A stretch of 64,000 nucleotides of DNA from the human T2T-CHM13v2.0 reference genome, Homo sapiens (GCF_009914755.1 NC_060938.1); one strand, 5' to 3'. Numbered from the stretch's first letter, positions 1 to 27,616 are shown. Notes: a model not told the origin generated them from the letters alone. Numbers and translations: made by a program.

Positions 1-3030
<3,030 letters not shown>

Positions 3031-4514
3031 GGATCTTACTTAAACTTCTGTTTTAGCTGGCCTCCTCTAACACCAGCAAGGAAAGAGGAGCACTACCTTG
3101 TTACTGCCAGATGGGGGCAGATGTCCAGGTTCCTCATTTGGCCTCTGTTGACAACCTAGGAGTGGCTCCTTGTTACTACAAGGTGAGGGTGGGAGTACTC
3201 GCTCCCCACTAGGCCTCCAGTGATAGCTCCCTGGCTGGAAAGCGTAAGAGTACATTATGCTCCCCATGGGGTTTTCACTGACTCTATACCACAAGGGAGG
3301 CTGGTATTGGGGGTGAAGGAGTAAAAGAAAAAAACCTGTTTTCCAGCGGGGCGCAGTGGCTCACGCCTATAATACTAGCACTTTGGGAGGCCAAGGTGGG
3401 TGGATCACCTGAGGTCGGGAGTTTGAGACCAGCCTGGCCAACGTGGCGAAACCTCCGTCTCTACAAAAAATACAAAAAATTAGCCGGGTGTGGTGGCAGT
3501 CGCCTATAATCCCAGCTACTAGGCAGGGTGAGGCAGGAGACTCGCTTGAACCTGGGGGGCGGCGGAGGTTGCAGTAAGCCTAGGTGGCACCACTTCACTC
3601 CAGCCTGGGCAAAAGAGTGAAACTCTGTCTCAAAAAAAAAAAAAAGAAGAAGAAGAAAAAAACTGTTTTCCTGTACACTCATGAAACTTCTGACACCAAA
3701 TGTGTGGAGTTTTCCCTCACAGTAAGCAATTCTCCAGCTCTCTAGATCCCAGTCGGGTGTACTACAATTATGACAGTAACTACCCAGAATTAGCACAGAC
3801 CACACAGGTTAAGGGTTCAGTCTCACAAGACTATCCCAGTTCAGAAGTCAGTCTCAAATTCCAAGTTGTGACTTGTACTTCTGACCCACTGGCTATAAAT
3901 CAGGGGCTCCCATGACTCCCTCCTGGGGCTTGATAATTTGCTGGATGGCTCGAGGAACTCAGGAAAGCACTTTACTTGCAATTACCCGTTTATTATAAAG
4001 AATACAATTCAGGAAGAGCCAAATGAAAGAGATGGATTGGGGCCAGGCACAGTGGCTCACGTTTGTAATTCCAGCACTTTGAGAAGTGGTAGTAGGTGGA
4101 CTGCTTGAGTCCAGGAGTTTGAGACCAGCCTGGGCAACACAGTGAGACTGTCTCAAAAAAAAAAACAAAAACAAAAACAAAGAAAGAGATACATTGGGCA
4201 AGGTATAGGAATGGATGGGCTGTATGAGGGTTCCAGGCCCTTGCTAGAGGTGCCACCCTTCTAGCACCTCAGTGTGTTCACCAACCCAGAACCTCTCCAA
4301 ACCTTGTCGGTTAGGGATTTTATGGAGGTTCTATTATGTAGGCATGATTAATTAAGTCAGTGGCCATTGGTGACTAAGATCCTCTCCCTTCCCTGGAGTT
4401 CAAGGTGTGGGACTGAACATTCTATCCAGGGTTGGTTCCTCTGGCAACTAACCCCTATCCTCTAAGAGTTACCTCATTAGCATAAATTCAGGAATGGTTA
4501 AACGGGCTTATTAC

Positions 4515-7107
<2,593 letters not shown>

Positions 7108-7523
7108 TGATGAATAACAAAAGATGTTCCCCTCACATCTATCAGTCAGGAAATTCCAAGGGTCTCAGAAGTTTTGTGCAAGAAACTGGGACCAAAAATC
7201 AAATATAGATCTCTTATTAATATATCACAATATCAGAAGGAAGCAGTGGTGGGAGAGGGAACTGGACTCCTTATAGTGAAAATCCTGACTTTCCAGTAGG
7301 CCTCCTCTGATCCACCCCAGCAGGGCAGGGTACGATGCCTCCTACTGCCAAAGGGAAGTAGAAATCCAGGTTCCCCAAGTGATCTCCATTGACACCAAGA
7401 ATTTAGGTGGGGCTCATTATCACCTGGTGGGGATGGACAACCCTGTTCCCTACTCAACTTGGTGAGGGGACAAGAGATTGGGGCACCTCATTAAGAGCCT
7501 GGCAAGTGCGGATGCCTAGGCTC

Positions 7524-8500
<977 letters not shown>

Positions 8501-9118
8501 GCTCTCCACCTGGCCTTTATTACCATTGGTGGAAGTGGGGCTACAGATTTTTCTTTGGTGTTTGGCTGACATGGTTATTTTCTAAAAGTTTTCTGCCTTT
8601 CTAGGCTTTCTTCTGGTCCTTTGGCTGTCTGTCTTCCTGCACTTTCCTCATCATTTGGCTAAAGAGAGAAGGCTTCTCTTGGAGCTTCTTTCATATTTCA
8701 AGGTTTCAACTTCTTAAGTTCCAGGTTTGGAAGATATAAGGACAAAAAAGCAGCAAGAAACTTACCACTAAGTCATTCCTTGGGTTTCCAGGTCGCTAGC
8801 CAGCCTGCCTCCTTCTCGCCAGCTGTCAAAGTCTTCTTATGCTTCTTGTATTTGTAATGCCTCGGGTTTTTAGTTGTACTTAGAAAAAGAATTGGAAAAA
8901 GTATGCCTACTCTATCTCCCTGGAAGTGAATTCTATTGTATTAATTTTATGCTTACCTTTTGTTTAGGGCAAATGATACTGGCTGAAAAACTCCAGTGAC
9001 TCTGATTTTTTTTTTCTATTCCCACATTAAGACAACTATTGTTATGGTATGAGGAATACATTAAATTATTCTAAGAGCTCTATAAAGCAATTCAAGCACA
9101 GGTCAAAAGGCCAGGTCA

Positions 9119-15310
<6,192 letters not shown>

Positions 15311-16233
15311 ATGTGCCCTGAAGTCTTCCACATTGTATTATTTAAGCCTCACGTGAGTTAGCAAGGTCAGTTTACACGAGATAAACTTAGTAAGGTTAAG
15401 TGCCCAGATCCAGGCCATACAAGCGGTCGTTCTATATTCTAAATTCTATGCTTCTTAAAGTTAAGAATGGGTAGTAGTTAAGAAGCTACTACTAACAGTA
15501 TGAGATAAAATGATATTTTAAAGATGAACAGATGTCGCATTCTAAAAAGGTGAAAACGCGGCAAGGCACAGGAACTCTTCATAATACTGCAGTTTTTAAG
15601 AAACATGGGCTGGTCTTGACGAGACCTATAGGCAGACAGGGCTCAAACATTCAAAAGAGCTGCAGAGTAAACTCAACTCCGGGAAAGCGCTGCACTGACT
15701 GGCAGATTCCACACGAGACACTGGCCTCCCACGTGTCTTTCAGGAAACATACAAAATTCAAGGGATAAAGGAAGCCAAGAAGGGGTTGCGAAAAAGGGAA
15801 AAAAAAAAAAAACAAAAGCGAACAGAGCTTCCCTGGGACGTTCAGGGAGCGCGGAGGGTGCGGGAAGGCTGGGGCGGGCGGAGGGAATTCGCAGAGCATC
15901 TGGCGGGCACCGAGGTCTGGGAACAGGCCTGGAGGCAGCTCGGTTCGTGGAGAGAGCGGGCTGCCCGTGGGCCCCACCCTGTAGGGTCCCCCAGTAGATC
16001 TGCTCCCTTGGTTCGGGTGGGCAGGGGAGGGCAGAGCGCAAAAGAGAAAAGCAGGGAAAGAGACGCTAGAAGAGCCACGGGTAGGCGCGAGTCAGAGTCC
16101 GAGGTTCGAGGGCTCTGGGCCGGCCGCATCTGCGAGCCCTCCGAGGCGCCGTAGCCCCGCCCCTCCGGCGCGTGGCGCCCATGACGCTAGGCGCGCGGGC
16201 CGCTCTCCTTACAGAGGTCGCTCTTGTCCGAAC

Positions 16234-16373
16234 GGTCGGCCTCTGCTGCGCCTGCGTGGTCGGGAGGGGAAGTGAGGCGGTTTCCTCGGCGCCTTTTCCG
16301 GCAGCGGCGGCGGCAGAACTGGGAGGAGGAGTTGGAGGCCGGAGGGAGCCCGCGCTCGGGGCGGCGGCTGGAG
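16234..16373 (+). other. ARF6: ARF6 non-coding exon 1 (start approximate)
   Basis: Ends at donor GAG|GTAACC. The 5' boundary is inferred from promoter motifs and my recollection of the mRNA; it cannot be read directly. Confidence 0.75.
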
Positions 16374-16471
16374 GTAACCCCTTGGGCCGAGCTGGAAAGG
16401 CGGGCCACCTCGGTCTTCGCTCCTTTGTGGAGCTCTGGCAGTAACTCCCCTCCCTCTCTGTTTCTCTGCAG
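16374..16471 (+). other. ARF6: 98-nt 5'UTR intron of ARF6
   Basis: GT at 16374, branch-like CAGTAAC near 16439-16445, pyrimidine tract tcccctccctctctgtttctctg, AG at 16470-16471. Confidence 0.9.
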
Positions 16472-16499
16472 GCAGCGCACCGAGTTCCCGCGAGGATCC

Positions 16500-16508
16500 A
16501 TGACCTGA
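16500..16508 (+). promoter_or_regulatory. uORF1 (ATG ACC TGA, Met-Thr)
   Basis: Read directly in exon 2; weak context (-3 T, +4 A). Confidence 0.7.
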
Positions 16509-16777
16509 CGGGGCCCCGGAGCCGCGCTGCCTCTCGGGTGTCCTGGGTCGGTGGGGAGCCCAGTGCTCGCAGGCCGGCGGGCGGGCCGGAGGGCTGCAGT
16601 CTCCCTCGCGGTGAGAGGAAGGCGGAGGAGCGGGAACCGCGGCGGCGCTCGCGCGGCGCCTGCGGGGGGAAGGGCAGTTCCGGGCCGGGCCGCGCCTCAG
16701 CAGGGCGGCGGCTCCCAGCGCAGTCTCAGGGCCCGGGTGGCGGCGGCGACTGGAGAAATCAAGTTGTGCGGTCGGTG

Positions 16778-16789
16778 ATGCCCGAGTGA
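16778..16789 (+). promoter_or_regulatory. uORF2 (ATG CCC GAG TGA, Met-Pro-Glu)
   Basis: Read directly; -3 G, +4 C. Confidence 0.7.
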
Positions 16790-16904
16790 GCGGGGGGCCT
16801 GGGCCTCTGCCCTTAGGAGGCAACTCCCACGCAGGCCGCAAAGGCGCTCTCGCGGCCGAGAGGCTTCGTTTCGGTTTCGCGGCGGCGGCGGCGTTGTTGG
16901 CTGA

Positions 16905-17480
<576 letters not shown>

Positions 17481-18224
17481 TGAGCATTCTCCACCCATCC
17501 CCTGGAAGGAGAGAAATCAAAAACCCATTCATAGGATTATCGCCACCATCACCTCTTTCAATTGCCACTTTCTCTTCTTTTGAATTTGAACTCTGGAGTT
17601 ACTGTTCTACAGTTTGGCGGGGACGGGGCTTGGGGGTTTTCTCTTTTGTTTGTTTCCCTTTCTTTTTCCTTTTTTTTTTTTTTTTTTTTGTTGGCTTTGC
17701 GTTAGGATGCTCTGATCTGACATTTGACATGAACACAAAGTTGCTAGATGCTCTTGTTGACTTCCAGCAGATGGGATGGGGGAAACACAGCAGTTCTTGG
17801 TAAAGTCCTTTGTAATAATAGTTTGATTTTTTTATTTCGAGAGAATCTTTCATTTTCCTATGTATGCTTTTTTCCTTTTTTGCCCAGTTTCCTTATCACT
17901 TGCTGTAGATGGCTTATTTTGCATTCATGCAGACTATGTTGCAAGTCTGTTTCATCTAGTAAACTGAAAATTATTGCTTAATCAAACTGCCGTTTGTCTT
18001 TTATATTTAAGGCCTTCCCCCCCCTTCCTTATGAGTTCTAACTTAGTAATTTCAAATGTGACCTTTTATATCTAAGACCAGTATAGTAAACTTAGCCCAC
18101 AGTGGCAAATAATGAGTAATATTGTAATATGTTCCAGTTGCACCTCAGTATGTTAAACAGGTAATGTAAGAAGTTCTCTGAAATGTCAGCAAGTAAGTTC
18201 TGAAACACATCATGCATGAGTAGG

Positions 18225-18750
18225 AATAAAACCCAAGTTCCCCATAACGTAGATAACTTAATGCTGCATAAAAATATGAAAGTGTAACCCATGAAGGACA
18301 CTTTTTCTTTCCACTGCAAAGTTAGCCACTTTGCTGTTTTTCCTCTTTTTTAAACTTTGAAAATAGACTCTTTCCAGAAATTGGAGCAATAATGGTGTTA
18401 CCACACACAGATTAAATAATTTGTAGATATTTTAAGTGACTTTTGGGCAAAACTGGAATGTATACTTTTACCTTGTTTCAAACACCTAAGACCAGTAATT
18501 TAAAAATTACTAAAAGGTTTACTTTGTTCATTAATAAAACATTTAACAATTCAAATTATATGCACCTTTTACCTAGTTGAAAAAAATACACATTCCTGTT
18601 TTCACATTATAGCAACTGATTAAGCTGAAGCTGTAAGTCATTTTTTATAGATGAGTGATCCGCATCTCCATCAATTAGAACACTGGAAAAGATGTTTTAT
18701 AAAAGAGGTATTTAATTTTGTTTGTAGGATTAACTCATGCAAATAATAAA
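18225..18750 (+). terminator. Cluster of candidate proximal poly(A) signals
   Basis: AATAAA at 18225-18230, 18533-18538 and 18745-18750; ATTAAA at 18411-18416. Which are used cannot be told from sequence. Confidence 0.55.
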
Positions 18751-20246
18751 AAAGATATCCTGTTGGTTCAATAGTACACTGTCTCCTTTAAGGAAGGAAG
18801 CGTGATGAATGAATGATGTGTAGACTTGAGGGATGACTATTAAAGGGGACGTAGGATGAAGAGAAAGAACCTACAGATGACAATGAATGTAAACTTATTT
18901 TTCTTCATGTGTAAGCAGTGTGCTCGCTGGTGATATCCAGATCCTAACAAGATTACTTGGTTAGCTGGTTAGGACCAGTAACTGGATTGCGACCACTATG
19001 ATAATATTTTGAACCAAATGTTAATGCTTGATGCAGAATTGTAAAGCAGCATCTGGTTCCTATATAGCCTTAAGGATTAATTTTAGTGATCCTCAAGGAA
19101 TTAAATAGGGAATTTCAGAAATGTAGACTGCAAAGGCAGTATACAGGAAAAGGTGGAGTGGGTTTTGTTTATGAGGGTGTCTGAAAACTAAAATTGAGCG
19201 GGATATCATGGTATAGTTGGACAGTATTGGTCCTTCACACTTTGGCCATATTGTATAATGGAGCTTTTACCAAAGATGTATGAGAAGTGTAAGACTATAA
19301 AAAAATGAACTATTCAAAGTAAAACTCTTAACAAACATTTTACTTAAAGCAGATGCAAAAGGGTATTCTCATGTAGGCTCCTGTTGGTGCAGAGGGATTT
19401 TTTTGATTTCAGGATACAACTAAAGTACGAAGTTCTCAGTTTCACTTTAGTAGAAAGAGCTCTAGAAATGAGGCTGATAAACACATCTAAGAACACTGGT
19501 TGCTTTCTAAAATTTCCAAAGCTCCACCATAAATGTAATTTTTAGTGTTTCAAATGATTGCATTTTAAAGTATATAAATATGGGTTATCCAATATCAATG
19601 CTATAGTAACATCCTGAAACAAAACAAGCACAAAGGTATAAATGCCTAAACTGGAGGAAACTTGAAACCCTCATGTTAAATCTTAAATGTAGTATTTCTA
19701 ACTTGTGAAGACAGATTGGTAGGCAGCCATTTTTTTGTGTCTTAAAATAACTGGGGGCATAGTTAAAATTTTATACATCAAGTGATTGCTATTATTGAAT
19801 GTTGCAGGTGAGATGTGGTTATTTTTAGTTTATTTGAAATGTTTGACTGGAAAGGGGGGAGGGGGAAGCAAATATTTGAAATTTGGAAAACCCTAAACCT
19901 TTTGGTAAGAAATTGTAATTTTCACTTAAAATTTTCTTTAAGGATATAAGAGGTTTATAATTGATGTAGTTAAATTGAACAATAACCATTGGTGACTGGA
20001 GCAGGTAATTATAGCCTGCAGAAAAAATTATCTAAGAATTTTAAAAATAAGATCCTGAAGTTGTTTAATTGCATCCATTTCTGTATTTATGTGAATTTAT
20101 AAACTGCAGTAAGTTTTGAATGAGGTTAATCTTGTTTAATATAAGTAAATGAGTCTGTAGACTGTGATCTCCCCAAACTAAAAAGTACAGTACTTGGAAT
20201 TGTGTTCTTTATGGTTGTAGTGTTGGTAAAGCACTAATATGCAGAA

Positions 20247-20252
20247 AATAAA
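20247..20252 (+). terminator. Distal ARF6 poly(A) signal; cleavage probably near 20268
   Basis: AATAAA with upstream TGTA elements, a CA about 16 nt downstream, then GU/U-rich gtttctcacgttatgtt and gtgtggtgtgtc. Confidence 0.85.
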
Positions 20253-21699
20253 GGAATTACACAGTGCAGTTTCTCACGTTATGTTACTCGCTTGAACTAG
20301 ATAAGTGGGACGTGTGGTGTGTCGGGCCATGTTATTCTCCAGGGTATATGGTAAAAAGTGACTTAATTTGGAAGTTGCCTGACTTTTGTAAGAAAAAAAA
20401 ATCAATTTGGTTCTTGTAAATGCTGGCTGTTTGAGGTAATGCGCCCTGTTTTAGTTCCACCAACTTAATCTGATTGTATGATAATTTAGAATACCACAGT
20501 TAAACAATTTTTAAAATTTGAGGTCCCATAGCAGTCTTTATTCTGCTGTTTTTTCCAAATTACAACCTTAGCATTTTTAGAAGTAGAGAATTGTGTCTAA
20601 AGAATTGGCCTTAAGTCTTAAGTTCAGGCCTTAATTCTTTATAGACTTTTGGATTTCAAAGTTTCTTTTAGAGGTCAAATTGTTTGTCCTATCGAAATGG
20701 CAAAACTGTATTCATTTAGAAAGTAAAATAGTATCATAGAGGATAAGGTTGGAAGAAAGAAAAGTAAAAGATGAATAACTTGTTGGATAAAAGGGTTTGA
20801 AAGACATTCTTGTAAGCCTTTCCTCCTATATCAGCAATTTTTATAGTGTGATTTTAGAATGTCTTCATGTGATCTCTAGTATGATTTAACCCCATGTTAA
20901 TATTTATTAATATATTTAGTACTGTGGTTAAGATACTGTGACAAAGTATCAATTTTTCAGTGCTAGCAGTAGAAAATATTTTCCCCATGAATGGGTTTTT
21001 ATGTTTTAATATAAGCTTAGAAGTAGCCATAATCTGAATGGTGATGGAGCTTACAAAATTCCAAAAGTTATTTTCTCAATACCTTGCCCAATATGTATCA
21101 GGATTACAAGTAAGGTAAGTTGTATCTTTCCTTATAGGTAAAAACTGTATTTGTAAAACCACATACAGCAATTATAAGAAATTTTTAAGTGATTAGTCAC
21201 TGAACATAATATATTTGGAGTATAATATTCAATATTATCTAGCCTTTTGCTTTAATTAAATGGTAAGGATTAGTAAAGGTTACAGTATTAGAGAGTTTAC
21301 AAAAATGGAATGTTGGGAGATGGAGCCATAGAAGAGGCAAAGCAACTTGTTGCTTTGCCAAACAAAAGTTGCCAGACTAGACTAGTGAGCTGAACAGGCA
21401 AGGAACACAGAGGTGAGATCAAGGAAGGCAGAACAAGAATGGAGCGGGATTTAGGAATTAAAGCAAATCTGCAATTAAATATAACTGAAGTAATGGTAAA
21501 TTTCAAGAGAACTAGACTGTAAGAACTAACCTCACATTGTGGGAAAATAAAAATTTTAACCTTTTCCCCCTTTATTTGAAATGTTCTATGACTACTTGAA
21601 AGAATTTAAAAATGAAAGTATTTGTCAGTTTTGTCCTTGAATATCTTTCATTTGTCATAGAATACATATTTTGTCCATAGTATTTTGTTTTATAAGTGT

Positions 21700-21975
21700 G
21701 AGGGTAGATTTTTTTATTGAGAGCCTACTAATATGCCTGGCACTGTTGAGGTGCAGGAGATCGACAGTGAAAAAAAAAACAAAAAATCTGTATTCATGGA
21801 ACTTACCTGGAGGGTTGGGGGCAGAGAACAAAGATCAGATGATAAGTAAAAGTCTGTTAGGTTATATGCTATATATTGTACAATATGTTATGTATGTACA
21901 CATATTAGGGAATAGGTAGGTGTGTTCGGAGAAGACCTCATTGAGGTGATGTTTGAGCAGATACTTGAGGAAATG
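21700..21975. mobile_element. L2 3'-end fragment
   Basis: tttattgagagcctactaatatgcctggcactgttgaggtgcaggagat is typical of the L2 terminus. Confidence 0.7.
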
Positions 21976-22028
21976 TTAATATTGGTATAATTGACATAGT
22001 CACAGAAAGATAATAGTACAGTGTAAAG

Positions 22029-22407
<379 letters not shown>

Positions 22408-23617
22408 TGAGACCATCCTGGCTAACACTGAAACCCCATCTCTACTAAAAATACAAAAAATTAGCCGGGCGAGGTGGTGTGTGCCTGTAGTCCCAGCTAC
22501 TCGGGAGGCTGAGGCAGAATGGTGTGAACCTGGGAGGTGGAGCTTGCAGTGAGCCGAGAGCGGGCCACTGCCACTCCAGCCTGGGTGACAGAGCGAGACT
22601 CCGTCCCAAAAAAAAAAAAAAAAAATTAGCGCACAGTGACATAGAATTTCCACATTTTATACATTTAGTGAGCTAAGACTTGTTATTGAGTAGTCTAACC
22701 TGGATTTTGTTTTTCTAAATGAGTTTAAATGCGTGAAATCAGTAGTTTCTCAGTTTTGATTTTAACACAGTTGTTTAAAACTGTGTGAGTCACTTCATTT
22801 TAAATATTTCTTTTATTTTTGTGGTAGTTTTACTGGTCTTTGGATTTAAGTTAAATGTGATTCTCTGTTACGTGTCCTTTCTTCCAGATAACCTAGATTA
22901 GTTTGGTGTAGGTTCAGATAACATCGTTTAACTGTGGCTTTTTTATCCACTCTTTCTGTAATTAAGTCATAAGTCTATTATTTTTATGGAGAAAGTTTGT
23001 AAGGGGAAGTGTTTTATTGACGTGGAAACTTATGGTGCATGATATTTGGTTTCCAGTATTATTCCTCTAACCAATATAAACTAGAAAAATTTGCTTCACA
23101 CATGGATTATTTCTTGCCTAGAGGGTTATATATTAATACTAAATCATACTAAATAATTTCTACAAGTAGGATGAGAAATCTATATTTTAAACTATTTAAA
23201 CTATTACAAAGTTGTGAAACCTATAACTATTTTAGACTACTACAAAGTAATCTAGCGGAAGTTATGGAAGTAAATTTTATTGAGGACATTTAGAAATGAG
23301 CTTTAAAGAAATGAAAACATTTGTAGTTCATAGAAAGACCTATGTGAAACTAGTTATTTATGATTATAAAAGTTGTTTTCCATTACAACTGAATAGCCTG
23401 AGAAGGTTATAGCATATGAGAGGGAAAAAAAAACATTGTTGTGGTAGAGCAGAAATTTGGATCTTTGAAGTTGGTTATAATAAGGCAAACCAAAGTGCTT
23501 TCTCTGCATGTCTTTATTTTTTATTTTATTTATTTATTTATTTATTTTTGAGGTGGAGTCTCGCTCTTGTAGCCCAGGCTGGAGTGCAGTGGCTCCATCT
23601 CAGCTCAGTTCAAGTGA

Positions 23618-24176
<559 letters not shown>

Positions 24177-24224
24177 TAGGTTGGAGTTAGGCCTAAGGAA
24201 ATCAAACTCAGAAATATTCTAAGA

Positions 24225-24425
24225 ATAGTAAGAGTTAGCATTTACTGAATGTTTGCCATGTGTCAGGCATTGTTCTAAGCATTGAATGGGTATTAATTCT
24301 CTAAATCCTCACAGCCACCTTGGGAGATAGGGCTCTCATTTTATAGTTGAAAAAACTGAGGCATACAGAGGTATATGTTAATAAGTAGCAGAGCCTGAAT
24401 TTGGATTCAGGTAGTCTCTGCTGTA
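24225..24425. mobile_element. MIR (similar pieces near 28460-28650, 33840-34020, 58230-58955 and 63650-63875)
   Basis: MIR core: cattttatagttgaaaaaactgaggca; ctctctgtgcctcagtttctccatctgtaaaatg. Confidence 0.75.
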
Positions 24426-24516
24426 CTATGAATGTGACTAAGGTGAACCAGTGCTTACTCATGTTCTTAGTATCTTTTTGGTGTATGTTTTCTTATAAAT
24501 ACCTGGCTTTAAGTAA

Positions 24517-24732
<216 letters not shown>

Positions 24733-25062
24733 TAGAGACGGGGTTTCACCGTGTTAGCCAGTATGGTCTCGATCTCCTGAACTCATGATCCGCCCGCCTC
24801 GGCCTCCCAAAGTGCTGGGATTACAGGCGTGAGCCACCGCGCCCGGCCATCAATAAGTTTTGAGTCCCTGTATAATTTCACTCTTGTGTACAGTGGAAAA
24901 CACAGTATTAGGCACTTAGGGAACTTTTTTTTTCTGTAAAAATCAAATTTGACTGCTTGATAGTGAATTTGACAGATCATTGTGAAAAATAGGAAAAATT
25001 AAAATTTTCACTCAGCTGATTATTTGTATACTTATATATAGATTTCTTTTAAGAAAAGTTTT

Positions 25063-25159
25063 ATATGGAATGCTTCATGAATTTGTGTCATCCTTGCACA
25101 GGGGCCATGTAATCTCTGTATTGTTCCAATTTTAGTATATGTGCTGCTGAAGTGAGCAT
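25063..25159 (-). pseudogene. U6 snRNA pseudogene
   Basis: Reverse complement aligns across nearly all of U6 (ATGCTCACTTCAGCAGCACATATACTAAAATTGGAAC...CATTCCATAT), with CpG decay and small deletions. Confidence 0.95.
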
Positions 25160-25320
25160 CCCAGTTAAATTTCAATTAGATAAACTATTTTTTTAGTACA
25201 ACTGCATCCCAAGCAATATACTAAAATTATATATTAAATTATATATACTATATATATAAATTATATACTAAAACTTAAATTGAAATTTAACTGGCCATCC
25301 TATATTTTACCTACAATCCT
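25160..25320. mobile_element. MER53-like palindromic hAT MITE abutting the U6 copy
   Basis: Perfect 17-bp inverted arms ccagttaaatttcaatt (25161-25177) / aattgaaatttaactgg (25278-25294), followed by catcctatattttacct. Confidence 0.75.
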
Positions 25321-25745
25321 ATATCTGACTTTGAGTGGTACGAAAGGAGGTAAGATTCAAAACGTCTAAGTTTAAAAAGATATTTAGGAACCCTCAAGAA
25401 CTCTACCAAGTAGTTTGGATATTGTTTTGTGTGTAATGGGAGCCACTGAATTTTTACATACGTAAATATATATATATACACACATATCTTTCTGTGCATA
25501 TAGATAGATAGATAGCAGGAGAGAGTCACAGTGTTTAGGAGTATTTAGTAGCTTTGTATAGAATCATGTATCAAGATTATGGATAGAGGTTGGAAGAAAG
25601 AAGTCCTTTCAGGAGACTTTGTTGATAATTCAGTTGAGAAAATGAGGGCCAAGTACAGTGTAGAGAAAATGAGAAAGAAGTGAGAAAATGAAATAAATTG
25701 GTGAAATATGTTACTTGTGGAGGAAGAAAGCGTTAACAATTGTGA

Positions 25746-26048
<303 letters not shown>

Positions 26049-26067
26049 TGATCTGTTTTTTTTTTGA

Positions 26068-26298
<231 letters not shown>

Positions 26299-26536
26299 TG
26301 ATCTGCCCGCTTCGGACTGCCAAAGTGCTGCGATTACAGGTGTCAGCCACTGTGTCCGGCCCGGCCTTGATCTTAATTCTTACATAAAAGATAATGATAA
26401 CACCATTGGTAGAAATCAGGATATATAGCATACTTCAATGGAGAGACATTGATAATTGGGTAAAGTACTTTGTTTGCAGTGCTGAAAAAGAGTTTGAATC
26501 TGTTAGGGATTCTCTCTTTTGTAACTATTCTTAGAG

Positions 26537-27503
<967 letters not shown>

Positions 27504-27616
27504 ATTCTTAGAGGGTGATTTTTTTTCTTTTTTTTCCCATACTGTATCTGCAACTTAAGTAACTATAGTAGGGGATACCAGTTGAGATGATTTAGATGTG
27601 ATGAATTTTTCTAGGC

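Larger units (their letters stand above)
17481..20270 (+). other. ARF6: ARF6 long 3'UTR
   Basis: AT-rich, repeat-free tract from the stop codon to the distal AATAAA, with a U-rich proximal part including a long T run near 17669-17689. Confidence 0.85.

Noticed and set aside
15470-15493. Short imperfect hairpin gtagtagtt / agctactac
   Set aside because: Short and low-complexity, so expected by chance.
25216-25228. 13-nt inverted match to the adjacent U6 copy, suggesting twin priming
   Set aside because: Better explained as the TATACTAAAA arm of the MER53-like MITE in AT-rich DNA.
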